From: Acidobacteriota bacterium
Lineage (GTDB): Bacteria; Acidobacteriota; Blastocatellia; Pyrinomonadales; Pyrinomonadaceae
Assembly (NCBI GenBank): GCA_031431735.1
Contig: JANPDZ010000466.1
Location: 1 to 50,122, forward strand
Direction: 5' to 3'
DNA length: 50,122 nucleotides
The notes beneath the pieces were generated by a model. That model saw nothing but the letters and a program-made list of their open reading frames with translations, searched no databases and was not told where the DNA came from. Within the stretch, counting starts at the first letter, position 1. Every line of letters begins with the position of its first letter. Below are positions 25,339-34,901 of the stretch, piece by piece. Made by a program: the position numbers and the translations under genes.

Positions 25339-27453
25339 GTGAAAAGATTTTTAAGTATTTTGGCAGTTTTCGGTTTAGTGATTTTTGTTTTTGGTCTGAT
25401 TACCAAAAAAGCAGATGCGAACAAACCTGTTTTTAATGCAGGAACACAAGACGAACTCGACAACGCCAAGCAAATCAGTTTAGGCATCTTGCGTGGCCGT
25501 GCCGCACAGCGTGCGATCGGAAATGTTGACGAATTTCAGATTCAAAAAGTTGAAATTGACAGTTTGAAAATGGCGCATACGCGTGTTCGTCAGACAGTCG
25601 GAGGCGTTCCCGTCTGGGAAGGCGAAGCCATCGTTCACTTGAACACAGACGGTTCGCTGTCAACCGTGACCGACGATCTCAAAGAGATGATCGCCGTCAA
25701 CACGGAACCGAATTTATCGCAAAAAGATGCCATTAATTTGGTCGTTGACGGCTATCGCGGCGGAGCGAAATTGTCCGAAGACCCAACGGCGGATCTATGG
25801 ATTTATCGCGGCGAAACCCGCGACCATCTCGTCTATCGCGTCACGACGCCGCGGATTGACGGCTCCGACGCAACATCGGTTCCCGTAACTTTTATTGACG
25901 CGCAAACCGGCGAAAAAGTGATGGAATACGATAATCTGCAAACCGGCAGCGGTTCATCGCTTTACAGCGGAACAGTGACGATTTCGACAAACGGTTCGAG
26001 CCCGACTTTTTATATGGAAGACACCACCCGGCGGATGGGAACTTTCAATATGAACAGCACCGGCAACGAAACGACCGGTACGGGCGGCACGCAATCGCGC
26101 TACACGGACACGGACGACGTTTGGAACACGACGATCCAACGCGCCGGAGTTGACGCGCATTACGGCGCGGCGCAAACCTTCGATTATTTTCAGGCGGTTC
26201 ACGGACGCAACGGCATTGACGGAAACTACGGACCGGGCACGACGACTTCGGCGGTCGGCGCGATTCCGCTGGTTGTTTCGCGTGTTCACTTCGGCAGCAG
26301 CGGCCGCTACAACAACGCTTTCTGGTTCAATAATCAGATGAGCTACGGCGACGGCGACGGCACGACCTTTTCGCCGCTAACGACGATTGACATTTGCGGT
26401 CACGAAATGTCGCACGGCGTCACCGAACGCACCGCGAATTTGACCTATTCAAATGAATCGGGCGCATTGAACGAAGCGACTTCGGATATTTTCGGCGCGA
26501 TGGTCGAACTCCGAGCCGACGGCGGTGTGGTTTCGGCTGATACGTGGAAAATCGGTGAAGATTCTTATACGCCGGGAACTGCCGGCGACGCGCTTCGTCT
26601 GATGAACAATCCGAATGCGGTCGGCGATCCCGATCACTATAGCCTTCGCTACACCGGAACAGCTGACAGCGGCGGCGTTCACACCAATTCGAGCATTGCC
26701 AATCACGCCTTCTATTTGATGGCAGCGGGCGGCACGAATCGTGTCAGCGGCGTGGCAGTAACCGGCATCGGAACAAGCCCAATGGAAAGAATCTGGTATC
26801 GCGCTTTGACCGTCTATATGACTTCGGGCACGAATTTTTCCGCTGCAAGAACGGCGACTTTGAATGCCGCGACCGATCTTTTCGGCGGAACAAGCGCGCA
26901 ATACACGACCGTTGCGACCGGCTGGTGCGCGGTTGGCGTTGGCGCGTGTCCGGGCGGAACACCGACCCCAACACCAACTCCGACGGGAACCAATCGGCTC
27001 GTCAACGGCGGATTTGAAACCAGTGTTTCGCCCTGGGTTATGTCGGGAACAGGCGCGTTATATATCGCAAACGGCAGTTCACCGCACGGCGGAACAGGCT
27101 ACATCTATTTCGGCACGGCAAACAATCGCACGGGACAAAACTATCAAACGGTTTCAATCCCGACGACCGCAACCGGAACATTGACCTTCTGGCTCAATGT
27201 CACTTCGGCTGAAACGACAACAACGACGCAGTATGATAAATTGTTCGTCGAAGTCCGCAACACGGCGGGAACTCTGCTGGCAACTCCGGCAACTTACAGC
27301 AATTTGAATAAGACGGCATCTTCAACTACTTATTCGCAAAAATCGCTGAATTTGGCGGCTTACAAAGGTCAGACAGTTCGCGTTCAGTTCCGCACAACAA
27401 CGGATAGTTCGTTAATCACGACTTTCCGCGTTGATGATGCGGATCTGCGATAA
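25339..27453 (+). CDS. secreted M4 (thermolysin-like) zinc metalloprotease with C-terminal carbohydrate-binding-like domain
   Basis: GTG start after AAGGAG; signal peptide; HEMSHG (HExxH), GALNEATSDIFG (third ligand Glu), VHTNSSIANHAFY; TPTPTPTPTG linker then ~150-aa beta domain. Confidence 0.85.
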   Translation: MKRFLSILAVFGLVIFVFGLITKKADANKPVFNAGTQDELDNAKQISLGILRGRAAQRAIGNVDEFQIQKVEIDSLKMAHTRVRQTVGGVPVWEGEAIVHLNTDGSLSTVTDDLKEMIAVNTEPNLSQKDAINLVVDGYRGGAKLSEDPTADLWIYRGETRDHLVYRVTTPRIDGSDATSVPVTFIDAQTGEKVMEYDNLQTGSGSSLYSGTVTISTNGSSPTFYMEDTTRRMGTFNMNSTGNETTGTGGTQSRYTDTDDVWNTTIQRAGVDAHYGAAQTFDYFQAVHGRNGIDGNYGPGTTTSAVGAIPLVVSRVHFGSSGRYNNAFWFNNQMSYGDGDGTTFSPLTTIDICGHEMSHGVTERTANLTYSNESGALNEATSDIFGAMVELRADGGVVSADTWKIGEDSYTPGTAGDALRLMNNPNAVGDPDHYSLRYTGTADSGGVHTNSSIANHAFYLMAAGGTNRVSGVAVTGIGTSPMERIWYRALTVYMTSGTNFSAARTATLNAATDLFGGTSAQYTTVATGWCAVGVGACPGGTPTPTPTPTGTNRLVNGGFETSVSPWVMSGTGALYIANGSSPHGGTGYIYFGTANNRTGQNYQTVSIPTTATGTLTFWLNVTSAETTTTTQYDKLFVEVRNTAGTLLATPATYSNLNKTASSTTYSQKSLNLAAYKGQTVRVQFRTTTDSSLITTFRVDDADLR

Positions 27454-27472
27454 ACTCCTAACTTGGAATGCA

Positions 27473-27508
27473 AAAGGGAACGATTTCGGTCGTTCCCTTT
27501 TCTTTTTT
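27473..27508 (+). terminator. rho-independent terminator of the M4 protease gene
   Basis: AAAGGGAACGA-TTTCGG-TCGTTCCCTTT (11-bp stem) followed by TCTTTTTT. Confidence 0.7.
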
Positions 27509-27706
27509 AACGTCATTAAAAAAAGTTAGGAATTCAAATTACAGATGATTAGGCGCGAGAATTCAATGGCAAGAAGTTAATGCCATTGGGCTCTCGACGC
27601 GATTCAAAACAAATAACAAGCGTCGGGCAAAAGAGAAAAGGCTGAACCGTTTACTTCACGAACGAGACAGCCGTTGCTCTTTGACCGGCTTTCTACAATA
27701 AATCGT

Positions 27707-27857
27707 TAAGCAGGTGAGCATAAGTTTCGAGGTATTTTGAAAAGTTTTGAGTCCCGGATTTATGCGGCAAACCGCCAGCGAAGCGTGGCGGTTACACGCT
27801 AAAGCGTGGACTCTGAACGAAGAGCAAAATGTCGCAAAACTTATGCTCACCTGCTTA
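27707..27857. repeat. nested palindromic element with GAGTCC core
   Basis: 21-bp perfect outer arms TAAGCAGGTGAGCATAAGTTT / AAACTTATGCTCACCTGCTTA; core 27749-27818 with CCGCCAGCGAAGCGTGGCGG and CACGCTAAAGCGTGGACTCTGAAC. Confidence 0.75.
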
Positions 27858-28057
27858 GTAATTGTTGAAGTCCCGGGGTTTTTGACGCGCCGTCCGCCTG
27901 AGTTGACGGAAAAAAGATTTAATTTTCTAAAAGGCTTGAGCTAATTCTACTCCTTTTTGCGCGTATTCTGCGGAAATAGATTTTTCAAGTTTATGAGACT
28001 TGTAAAATTTACGACCAAAGTTAAGTTATTAATGAAAATATAATGGAGAATTAATTT

Positions 28058-29464
28058 ATGCTTAAAGAAAAAATTGCCAAAGAAACCACAAAGAATAGTT
28101 TCTTAACCGGACCGGAAATAACCACAAACATATCGATTGTGAAGAGTTTGATATTTTGCATTGCATTTGTATTGTTGACATCAAATGTATTTGCGCAAAA
28201 AGAAGTGAGGACGGATTTTCCGACTCAAAAAGAAGTGAGGACGGATTTTCCGACTCAAAATGTCCCGAATGAAGGAAAAATGTCAAAAAAAATTATTCCC
28301 GATTCGTATATCATCCTTTTTAATGAAGATGATCTCCAACCATACATAAAGAAAAGCCCTGCGGGAGAAAATGACAACCGCGAAGAAAAAGCAAATGATG
28401 CCCAAAAATATGAGGAACAAATGACTGTTACTCTTAGAAAAATAGCTCAAGACAAATTGGGTATTACTTCTGAGATGATTACCGAATATTATACCACTGC
28501 AACAACCGGGATTAAGATTCAGGTCAAAAACGATCAGGCGAAACGGATACTTGAAAGATTGAAAACCGTCAAAGAAGCGGCGGCAATGGTTCAAGATTTT
28601 GAAATCACCGCTTTCGAATCTGCCGTTGTGCCGGCGACAAACTTTTTAATGTTTTTTAGACAAACGCCAAGCTGGGGCGTGAGTATTGTCGGCAGCGGTA
28701 ACTATACGGGAAATAAATGGGCATGGGTGCTTGATACAGGAATTGACACCACACATCCTGATTTGAATGTTAAGTCATCGTCACCTTTTGCAGTTTCATT
28801 TATCAGCGGACAATCATTTGTTGACGGTTTTGGTCACGGCACGCATGTCGCCGGAATCATTGCCGCCAGAAACAATCGAATCGGCACGCTTGGCGTCGCT
28901 GCCGGGGCAACTGTTGTTCCGGTCAAGGTTCTTTCCAACTCCGGTGCAGGGTCTTGGGGCGCATTACTTTCCGGTCTCAATCACGTTGCCAAATATTATC
29001 TCCCCGGAGATGTTGTCAATATGAGTTTGGGCGGTCCCGCGCCGGATTGGTTCACCGACGCATTTATTTGGTGGGACGTTAGAAAACAATCGGAAAATGC
29101 GATCAGAAATTTAGGCAATGCCGGAGTGTTCTGTGTCATTGCGGCAGGTAATGACAATCAAAATGCAAATAATGTGACGCCCGCCAGAATTAATGGAAAC
29201 AGAGTCTATACTATATCTAATATGGATTGGAATAGAAACTTATCCGGTTCTTCTAATTATGGAAACGCCCCTGTGGATTATGCGGCTCCCGGAGAGAATA
29301 TTTTATCAACGTATATGGGCGGAGGCTATGCTTATATGAGCGGAACCTCAATGGCGGCACCTTTTGTTTCAGGAATTTTATTAATAAACAACGGAGTAAT
29401 TAACACCTCCGGTGTGGTTAATACCGATAAAGATGCGACCAAAGACCCGATAGCCGTTAGATAA
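28058..29464 (+). CDS. secreted S8 (subtilisin-family) serine protease
   Basis: Catalytic triad blocks VLDTGID, HGTHVAGIIAA, SGTSMAAPFVSG; N-terminal anchor/signal; A+T-rich relative to neighbours. Confidence 0.85.
   Translation: MLKEKIAKETTKNSFLTGPEITTNISIVKSLIFCIAFVLLTSNVFAQKEVRTDFPTQKEVRTDFPTQNVPNEGKMSKKIIPDSYIILFNEDDLQPYIKKSPAGENDNREEKANDAQKYEEQMTVTLRKIAQDKLGITSEMITEYYTTATTGIKIQVKNDQAKRILERLKTVKEAAAMVQDFEITAFESAVVPATNFLMFFRQTPSWGVSIVGSGNYTGNKWAWVLDTGIDTTHPDLNVKSSSPFAVSFISGQSFVDGFGHGTHVAGIIAARNNRIGTLGVAAGATVVPVKVLSNSGAGSWGALLSGLNHVAKYYLPGDVVNMSLGGPAPDWFTDAFIWWDVRKQSENAIRNLGNAGVFCVIAAGNDNQNANNVTPARINGNRVYTISNMDWNRNLSGSSNYGNAPVDYAAPGENILSTYMGGGYAYMSGTSMAAPFVSGILLINNGVINTSGVVNTDKDATKDPIAVR
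28199..28258 (+). repeat. perfect 30-bp tandem duplication inside the S8 gene
   Basis: AAAGAAGTGAGGACGGATTTTCCGACTCAA twice, encoding KEVRTDFPTQ KEVRTDFPTQ just after the signal peptide. Confidence 0.9.
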
Positions 29465-29500
29465 CCTGTTTTCTGCAATACTGAGCGGCATAAGCAGATA

Positions 29501-29567
29501 ATAATGCAGAAACACGCACGAAGTAAGGGCGCATTTCACACTTACTTCGTGCGTGTTTCTGCATTAT
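29501..29567 (+). terminator. 27-bp stem hairpin downstream of the S8 gene
   Basis: ATAATGCAGAAACACGCACGAAGTAAG - 13-nt loop - CTTACTTCGTGCGTGTTTCTGCATTAT; no clear U-tract, so terminator function is uncertain. Confidence 0.4.
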
Positions 29568-29647
29568 GTTACAAACATATGCCGACCTGCTTAGAAATAG
29601 CCGTCGGTTGGAAAACAAGAAATATCTGCACACGCGCCCAATGGCAT

Positions 29648-29813
29648 TAAGTAGAGCAATTTTTAAGTTTTCTAGGATTTGCGGATTTTTGTTTTCGTTC
29701 AGAGTCCACGCTTTAGCGTGTTCCCGCCAGCGAAGCGCGGCGGAAATTCAAACCTATTGTTTGGACTCTGAACAAAGACAAAACACCAGATAATTTTAAA
29801 ATTGCTCTACTTA
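29648..29813. repeat. nested palindromic element with GAGTCC core, inverted relative to 27707-27857
   Basis: Outer arms TAAGTAGAGCAATTTTTAA / TTTTAAAATTGCTCTACTTA; GTTCAGAGTCCACGCTTTAGCGTG (29697-29720) is the exact reverse complement of 27795-27818. Confidence 0.75.
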
Positions 29814-30074
29814 GCTATCAGCTAATTTTTCCCTTTTTTATCCTCACTTAGCCTAAGACTCCTGCCACAACCGTTTCCGCGCAGGCGGGAGATGTCAGGC
29901 GTTTTGCAAAACACATCCAAAAAAACTAAAATACAAACAAGTCGTTAATAGACTTCTACGCACGGGCAGGGCGGAAGTAACGCTTGTTAGATATGAACAG
30001 TCATTAGACGTTCAGAGCAAGAATCTCCAATCCATAAATCTTTGATTTTGGTTGGAGAGTGTCAATGATTAGAT

Positions 30075-32078
30075 TTAAGGCACGAAAGCATTCGGCACGG
30101 GTCTGTCGCCGGTCGTCCCGAAAGTTACAATCTGCGTTCCGGCAGTCGTTCGCTGAATAAACCATGTTGAGTTTGACGGTCGGAAAACCGTCAAATCAAA
30201 CTTGCCGTCGCCGTCGTAATCGCCCGGCGCGGGAATATCGCCTGTCGTGCCAAATGGTGCCGAGAAGAACGAAAAATCCTCGCTTCGCAAGACAAACCAG
30301 AAGCCTGTCGAAGGACGGAAAAATGCTGCATCAGCTTTGCCGTCGCCAGTGTAATCGCCCTGCACGGGTTTGTCCGCCGAGTTTCCAAACTGAAAAGCGG
30401 TCGTTCCGCCGGTTGCGCTGCGCCGAATCCACCATTCACCAACCGCCGGACGGAAAATGGCAATATCCGTTTTGCCGTCGCCATCAAAATCCGCCACAAC
30501 GGGAACATCATTCGACGCGCCAAATTGAACGATTGCCGTGCCCGCGCCGCCTGATTGGCTGATAAACCATGTCGCTGTTGACGGACGGAAAACAGCCGGA
30601 TCGGTTTTACCGTCGCCGTCATAATCGGCAGGCGCGGGAATATCACCCAACGCACCGAACGGAAATGAGAAAAATGAACCGTCTTCGCTCCGTAAAATAA
30701 ACCAGAATCCGGTTGACGGACGGAAAATGGCGATGTCGGTTTTGCCGTCGCCGGTGAAATCGCCCGAAGCGATTTTGTCCGAGCTGTTACCAAATTGCGC
30801 CGCGACGGTTTGCCCCGAAGAACTGCGGTTGATCCACCATTCGCCGGGCGAGGGGCGAAAGATCCCAATATCTGTTTTGCCGTCGCCGTCGAAATCAAAC
30901 TGTCCCAAACCGCGCGAAGTCAGACAAGTTCCGTTTGCCGTCACGTAACTGCTCACTTCCGACCGCGAAGATGTACAAAACGTGAGCTGCGTACTGCCAT
31001 TCAATTGGGCATTCATCAAAGTGTTCGCACAATTCAGCGCGGTGTCCGAATGGGTCGCGCCAAGATTATGTCCGATTTCGTGCGAAGTAACTAAAAAATT
31101 CGCTTCTTCCCATCCCCAAGTGACATCAACTCTGCCGCTTAAACCGTAAGCAAAATCAGGATTATTGCATACTACACCCAAAAATCCGTAACCTTGCGAC
31201 CGCACATTCGACTTGTAGGTAAAAAGATGCGCTACATCGCGCCGATATTGCGCCGCCGGAAAATTGGTGTTCCAATAGGCTTGAAATGAGCGAACGAGTG
31301 CATCTGCATTAGCTCCGTTATATGAATCAGCCGTTGACCAGGTATGTTGGAAAACGACGCTCACCGTCAAGTTTAGTTCGTTTTCATAAAGACCTTCGAC
31401 CATATTCAAAATGCTCAGAATCTTGGCGTTGGCACCCGCCGCGTTGGTCGTCGTATTGACAAAATCAAAATCGGCTTCGGTTGCGATCTCAATCGCTTTT
31501 TGCCCTGCAAGGGATTGCACATTGCCCGACAAAACCATCTTTTGGCCGTCCTCGATTTCGCCAGTCAAATCTTGCGGACAACTGAAACTTTTATCTCTGA
31601 TGACATCTTCCGCCCGATAAACAACAAATTCACCGGCAGCTGCCAAATCCGAATACTTTTTGGCGGATTCGATAAAATATCTTTCTGCGCCTGCTGAAAA
31701 ATAACCCTCGATTCCCGAATCATCCATCGTCAGACGAACTTCGGACTCCGTTTCGCCGACAATCTTTCCTTTGTAGGTCGTGACCGGCACTTTTTCAAGA
31801 CGGCGCGTGCCGTTTGCCGTCACATCTTCCGCAATGTAGCGTGATGAGCGTAAATCGTGCGGTGTCAACGACAATTCAAAGGTTCTGTTCGGTGTCGAAA
31901 AAGAAATTATCTGGCTCGCCTTTGCTTGTCTAATCGCTTCACGGGTGTTTAAACGCACCACATTGACGCTCTTAAATGAGTTTCCAAGATCATTTTTTAA
32001 CGCGTCGCTCTCCTGTGCCGAAGCCGATAAAAATGTAGCTAGCGTAAGTAGAATGCCAAATAAAATACTTTTCATCAT
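30075..32078 (-). CDS. secreted metzincin (reprolysin/M12B-like) zinc protease with C-terminal FG-GAP/VCBS repeats
   Basis: Signal peptide; HEIGHNLGATH (HExxHxxGxxH); seven or so DFDGDGKTD..IFRP repeats at the C-terminus. Confidence 0.8.
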   Translation of the reverse strand: MMKSILFGILLTLATFLSASAQESDALKNDLGNSFKSVNVVRLNTREAIRQAKASQIISFSTPNRTFELSLTPHDLRSSRYIAEDVTANGTRRLEKVPVTTYKGKIVGETESEVRLTMDDSGIEGYFSAGAERYFIESAKKYSDLAAAGEFVVYRAEDVIRDKSFSCPQDLTGEIEDGQKMVLSGNVQSLAGQKAIEIATEADFDFVNTTTNAAGANAKILSILNMVEGLYENELNLTVSVVFQHTWSTADSYNGANADALVRSFQAYWNTNFPAAQYRRDVAHLFTYKSNVRSQGYGFLGVVCNNPDFAYGLSGRVDVTWGWEEANFLVTSHEIGHNLGATHSDTALNCANTLMNAQLNGSTQLTFCTSSRSEVSSYVTANGTCLTSRGLGQFDFDGDGKTDIGIFRPSPGEWWINRSSSGQTVAAQFGNSSDKIASGDFTGDGKTDIAIFRPSTGFWFILRSEDGSFFSFPFGALGDIPAPADYDGDGKTDPAVFRPSTATWFISQSGGAGTAIVQFGASNDVPVVADFDGDGKTDIAIFRPAVGEWWIRRSATGGTTAFQFGNSADKPVQGDYTGDGKADAAFFRPSTGFWFVLRSEDFSFFSAPFGTTGDIPAPGDYDGDGKFDLTVFRPSNSTWFIQRTTAGTQIVTFGTTGDRPVPNAFVP

Positions 32079-32198
32079 TGAATCATCCGAAGAAAAAAGA
32101 TTATGGTTTTAATTTGAATGAGATTCGGGGGAAAATCTCGCTGATATAATTAATAAAGGTTTAACGTTGTTTATCTTCCACGAAAATCTGTAGATTAG

Positions 32199-32684
32199 AT
32201 GCCGGAATCCACGAAAAGTCAGAAAAATGTTTTAGGGGTTATCTTAGGGGGAATCTGGAAGCGTCCGCCGAGTCGGTTTCGGCTGACTATTATCCGCCTC
32301 ACGCAGAAAAAATTTACGGCTTCCGTTGGAGTCATCATAACAAATTCAGAAGATAAAGTCTTGCTGCTCGAACATATTCTGCGTCCGGCTTCGGGTTGGG
32401 GCATTCCCGGCGGATTTATTGACGAGGGCGAACAGCCCGTTGATGCTGTGCGGCGAGAATTGCGCGAGGAAACCGGCATTGATCTGGAAAACCTGAAAAT
32501 GCTTCGCGTTCGGACAATTCGCCGCCATATCGAATTTCTCTTTCGTGCCGAAAGCAATGACACAGCGGAAGTAAAAAGCCGCGAGATAAAAAGTCTGGAT
32601 TGGTTCGCGGTTGATAAAATGCCCGCCGAAATGAGTGTGGTGCAAAAAACAATCGTCGAAAAAGTTTTGCGCGGTGAAATTTGA
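32199..32684 (+). CDS. NUDIX hydrolase
   Basis: Nudix box GGFIDEGEQPVDAVRRELREETGI; start codon choice uncertain. Confidence 0.75.
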   Translation: MPESTKSQKNVLGVILGGIWKRPPSRFRLTIIRLTQKKFTASVGVIITNSEDKVLLLEHILRPASGWGIPGGFIDEGEQPVDAVRRELREETGIDLENLKMLRVRTIRRHIEFLFRAESNDTAEVKSREIKSLDWFAVDKMPAEMSVVQKTIVEKVLRGEI

Positions 32685-32740
32685 TAAAAAGTTTTCCGCC
32701 GTTTAGACTGATAAAGATAAATTTTATTAGGAGAAAGAAA

Positions 32741-33355
32741 ATGGTTGATTTAATTCCGTCGTCAGAATCGGTGATGGCGATTTTGCAAGAAACGGGCGCA
32801 TATCGCAAAGGACATTTCAAATACCCGAACGGCAAACACGCTTCGCATTATTTTCAGATGCCGTTGGCGTTTCGTTATTACAATAATGCAAGAGTTATGT
32901 CGGTCGGTTTAAGCCGAATGTTTCGGCTGGAAAAAGCGATTTCCAGCCGCTTGCCCAAAATTTCGGTGATCAGTCCGAGTCCGGGCGGCATTGTCGTCGC
33001 TTTTGGCGTGCGCGAAGCTTTGTCTGCCGAACAGATTTACTGGGCGGAAATGGAAGACGGCAAGCGTCAATTTCGTCAATATATCGGCGAAGGTGATGTT
33101 CATCCGGCAATTATCGTTGACGATATAATTCGTTCGGGCAAAGCAATAGAGGAAACCTTTAATCTCGTCAGAGAATTGGGTGCGGAAGTTATCGGTTGTG
33201 GCGCGATCGTCAGATTTGAAGACTCGCCGACCGAAATTGACGGTGTTCCGGTTAAAAGTTTGATGACGTTTGACGTAAATTTCTATGAAACAGAAGAAGA
33301 ATGGAAACATTCCCGAAACGCATCTGACACCGACGAACAAAAAGTTAGATTTTAA
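32741..33355 (+). CDS. type I phosphoribosyltransferase (orotate PRTase-like)
   Basis: RBS AGGAGA before ATG 32741; PRPP-binding loop AIIVDDIIRSGKAI. Confidence 0.65.
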   Translation: MVDLIPSSESVMAILQETGAYRKGHFKYPNGKHASHYFQMPLAFRYYNNARVMSVGLSRMFRLEKAISSRLPKISVISPSPGGIVVAFGVREALSAEQIYWAEMEDGKRQFRQYIGEGDVHPAIIVDDIIRSGKAIEETFNLVRELGAEVIGCGAIVRFEDSPTEIDGVPVKSLMTFDVNFYETEEEWKHSRNASDTDEQKVRF

Positions 33356-33535
33356 AGTGAAAAAGGGTAAAAGGGTAAGAGGGTAAAAGGGGAAAGGGGA
33401 AAAAGTTTGATCGCAAATTATCGACTAAACTTTTACCCTTTTACCCTTTTACCCTCTTACCCTCTTACCCTCTTACCCTCTTACCCTCTTACCCTCTTAC
33501 CCTTTTACCCTTTTACCCTTTTTCACTTTTTCACT
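33356..33535. repeat. GGGTAAAA octamer hairpin with unequal arms
   Basis: Left arm about 5 units (GGGTAAAA GGGTAAGA GGGTAAAA GGGGAAA..), loop, right arm about 13 units of ACCCTTTT/ACCCTCTT; between convergent genes. Confidence 0.85.
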
Positions 33536-34896
33536 TTGTTGAGTTTCTTAAAGAGACTGCGTCTTTCCGCCAGTAATCTCAAAAACTTCTCGCGTTTGAG
33601 AAAAAACAGCGAAATGGCTTTGAGCCAGCCGCTCAGATCGCCGATTTCTTCAAGCGAACGAAGCGCGATATAACCGCCCAAAAACGAAACCGGAATCGAA
33701 AGCAAGGCGATTAGCCAGCCGAAATAAAAATCTAAAACACCCGCGAAAATCAGCCACGTCAAAGGCATCAGAACTATCGCTGACAAAAACTTGACCGTCG
33801 AAGCCATATCAAAATAACCTTTTTTGATTTGCAAATAAGCTAAGACCTTGCCGAATTGATACGCGGGAAAATGCAAAACCGTGCCGAAGATGGCGAGCGG
33901 CGCAAGCAAGATCAAATACCACGAACGCCAAAGAGCGTGTTTCAAAACAAATCTCTTTGAATAATCGGCAAGCGCGAGAAATTCCGATTCGATGCCGAGT
34001 TGGTCGAGTTTTTTATTATATTCGGCAAGTCTTTTTTCGAGTTTTGCATCCAAATTATTCGGCGGTTCGGCGACGAATTTCTGCAAAAATTCTAATCTTT
34101 CCGCCAGATTTTCCTCGTGCGGCGTGGTCGCAGTAAAAACATCTTCGGCGATTCGTGCGACGGCAATTTCCGCGTCGGATTCGGCATTTAAAGTTACTTC
34201 GCGCAGAGATTTTTCGATTTTCTCCGTCAATTCCCGAACGGCTTGGCGCGGCGGTTGTCCCTCTTCATCCAATTCAACCGGCAAAACCGGAAAAGGCGTG
34301 CCGAAATGAAGCAGTGCCTCGCTTCGAAAAGTCGTTTTGTTGGTGTAATAAAGTCCGACCGGAACGATTTGCAGATCGAGCGACGAAGGGTTTTTGCCGA
34401 CCGAAACCGTGCCAAGTGCAATTCGCGCCGCACCGGTTTTTAGCGGCTGAAGTTTGGGTTTGTCGTGCGAGATTCCTTCGGGGAAAATCGCGATCACGCC
34501 GCCATTTTTGAGTAGTTCACGCGCCACCGCGAAAGTTTCCTGATTTTTGGAAACGTCCGCGCCCGAATCTTGCTGACGATAGAGCGGAAGCGCGCCGACC
34601 GTGCGAATCAGATAACCGATCACGGGCATCTTAAAAAGTGTCGATTTGGCAAGAAACGCTAATTTTCGCGGCAGCGCAATAAACAAAAGCGCGGGATCAA
34701 TCAGCGCGTTCGGATGATTGCTGACAAAGATCAAACCGCTTGTTTTCGGCAGATTTTCGTAATTATAAAGCTCGATCTTTCTAAAAAAGATGCTGATGCC
34801 AACACCGAAAATAAAATGGATCAGCCACAAAGCAAAAGAGCCTCGACGATGCAGAATCACATCACCAAGGCGTAGTTTTTTCACGTCAGTCTTCAT
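33523..34896 (-). CDS. PlsC-family 1-acyl-sn-glycerol-3-phosphate (lysophospholipid) acyltransferase with C-terminal membrane domain
   Basis: NHPNALID (HX4D), FPEGISH blocks; TM helices in the C-terminal third; stop lies in the octamer repeat. Confidence 0.7.
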   Translation of the reverse strand: MKTDVKKLRLGDVILHRRGSFALWLIHFIFGVGISIFFRKIELYNYENLPKTSGLIFVSNHPNALIDPALLFIALPRKLAFLAKSTLFKMPVIGYLIRTVGALPLYRQQDSGADVSKNQETFAVARELLKNGGVIAIFPEGISHDKPKLQPLKTGAARIALGTVSVGKNPSSLDLQIVPVGLYYTNKTTFRSEALLHFGTPFPVLPVELDEEGQPPRQAVRELTEKIEKSLREVTLNAESDAEIAVARIAEDVFTATTPHEENLAERLEFLQKFVAEPPNNLDAKLEKRLAEYNKKLDQLGIESEFLALADYSKRFVLKHALWRSWYLILLAPLAIFGTVLHFPAYQFGKVLAYLQIKKGYFDMASTVKFLSAIVLMPLTWLIFAGVLDFYFGWLIALLSIPVSFLGGYIALRSLEEIGDLSGWLKAISLFFLKREKFLRLLAERRSLFKKLNKVKK

Positions 34897-34901
34897 TTGC
34901 C

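Noticed and set aside
33428-33535. Possible CRISPR array because of regularly spaced short repeats (also 37110-37180 and 12166-12317)
   Set aside because: The units are 7-8 nt and directly abutting, with no spacers. The arrays form inverted arms and no cas genes are present.
33428-33535. Telomere-like repeat (resemblance to TTTTAGGG-type units)
   Set aside because: The unit is CCCTTTTA / TAAAAGGG, not the complement of TTTTAGGG. It is internal, paired with an inverted arm, and sits in a bacterial gene context.
33407-33673. 88-aa ORF (LLPSYPLTLLPSYPLT..); similar repeat-derived ORFs at 12107..12322, 12064..12327 and 34925..35158
   Set aside because: These are translations of the octamer and heptamer tandem repeats. 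They have no start context and overlap hairpin arms.
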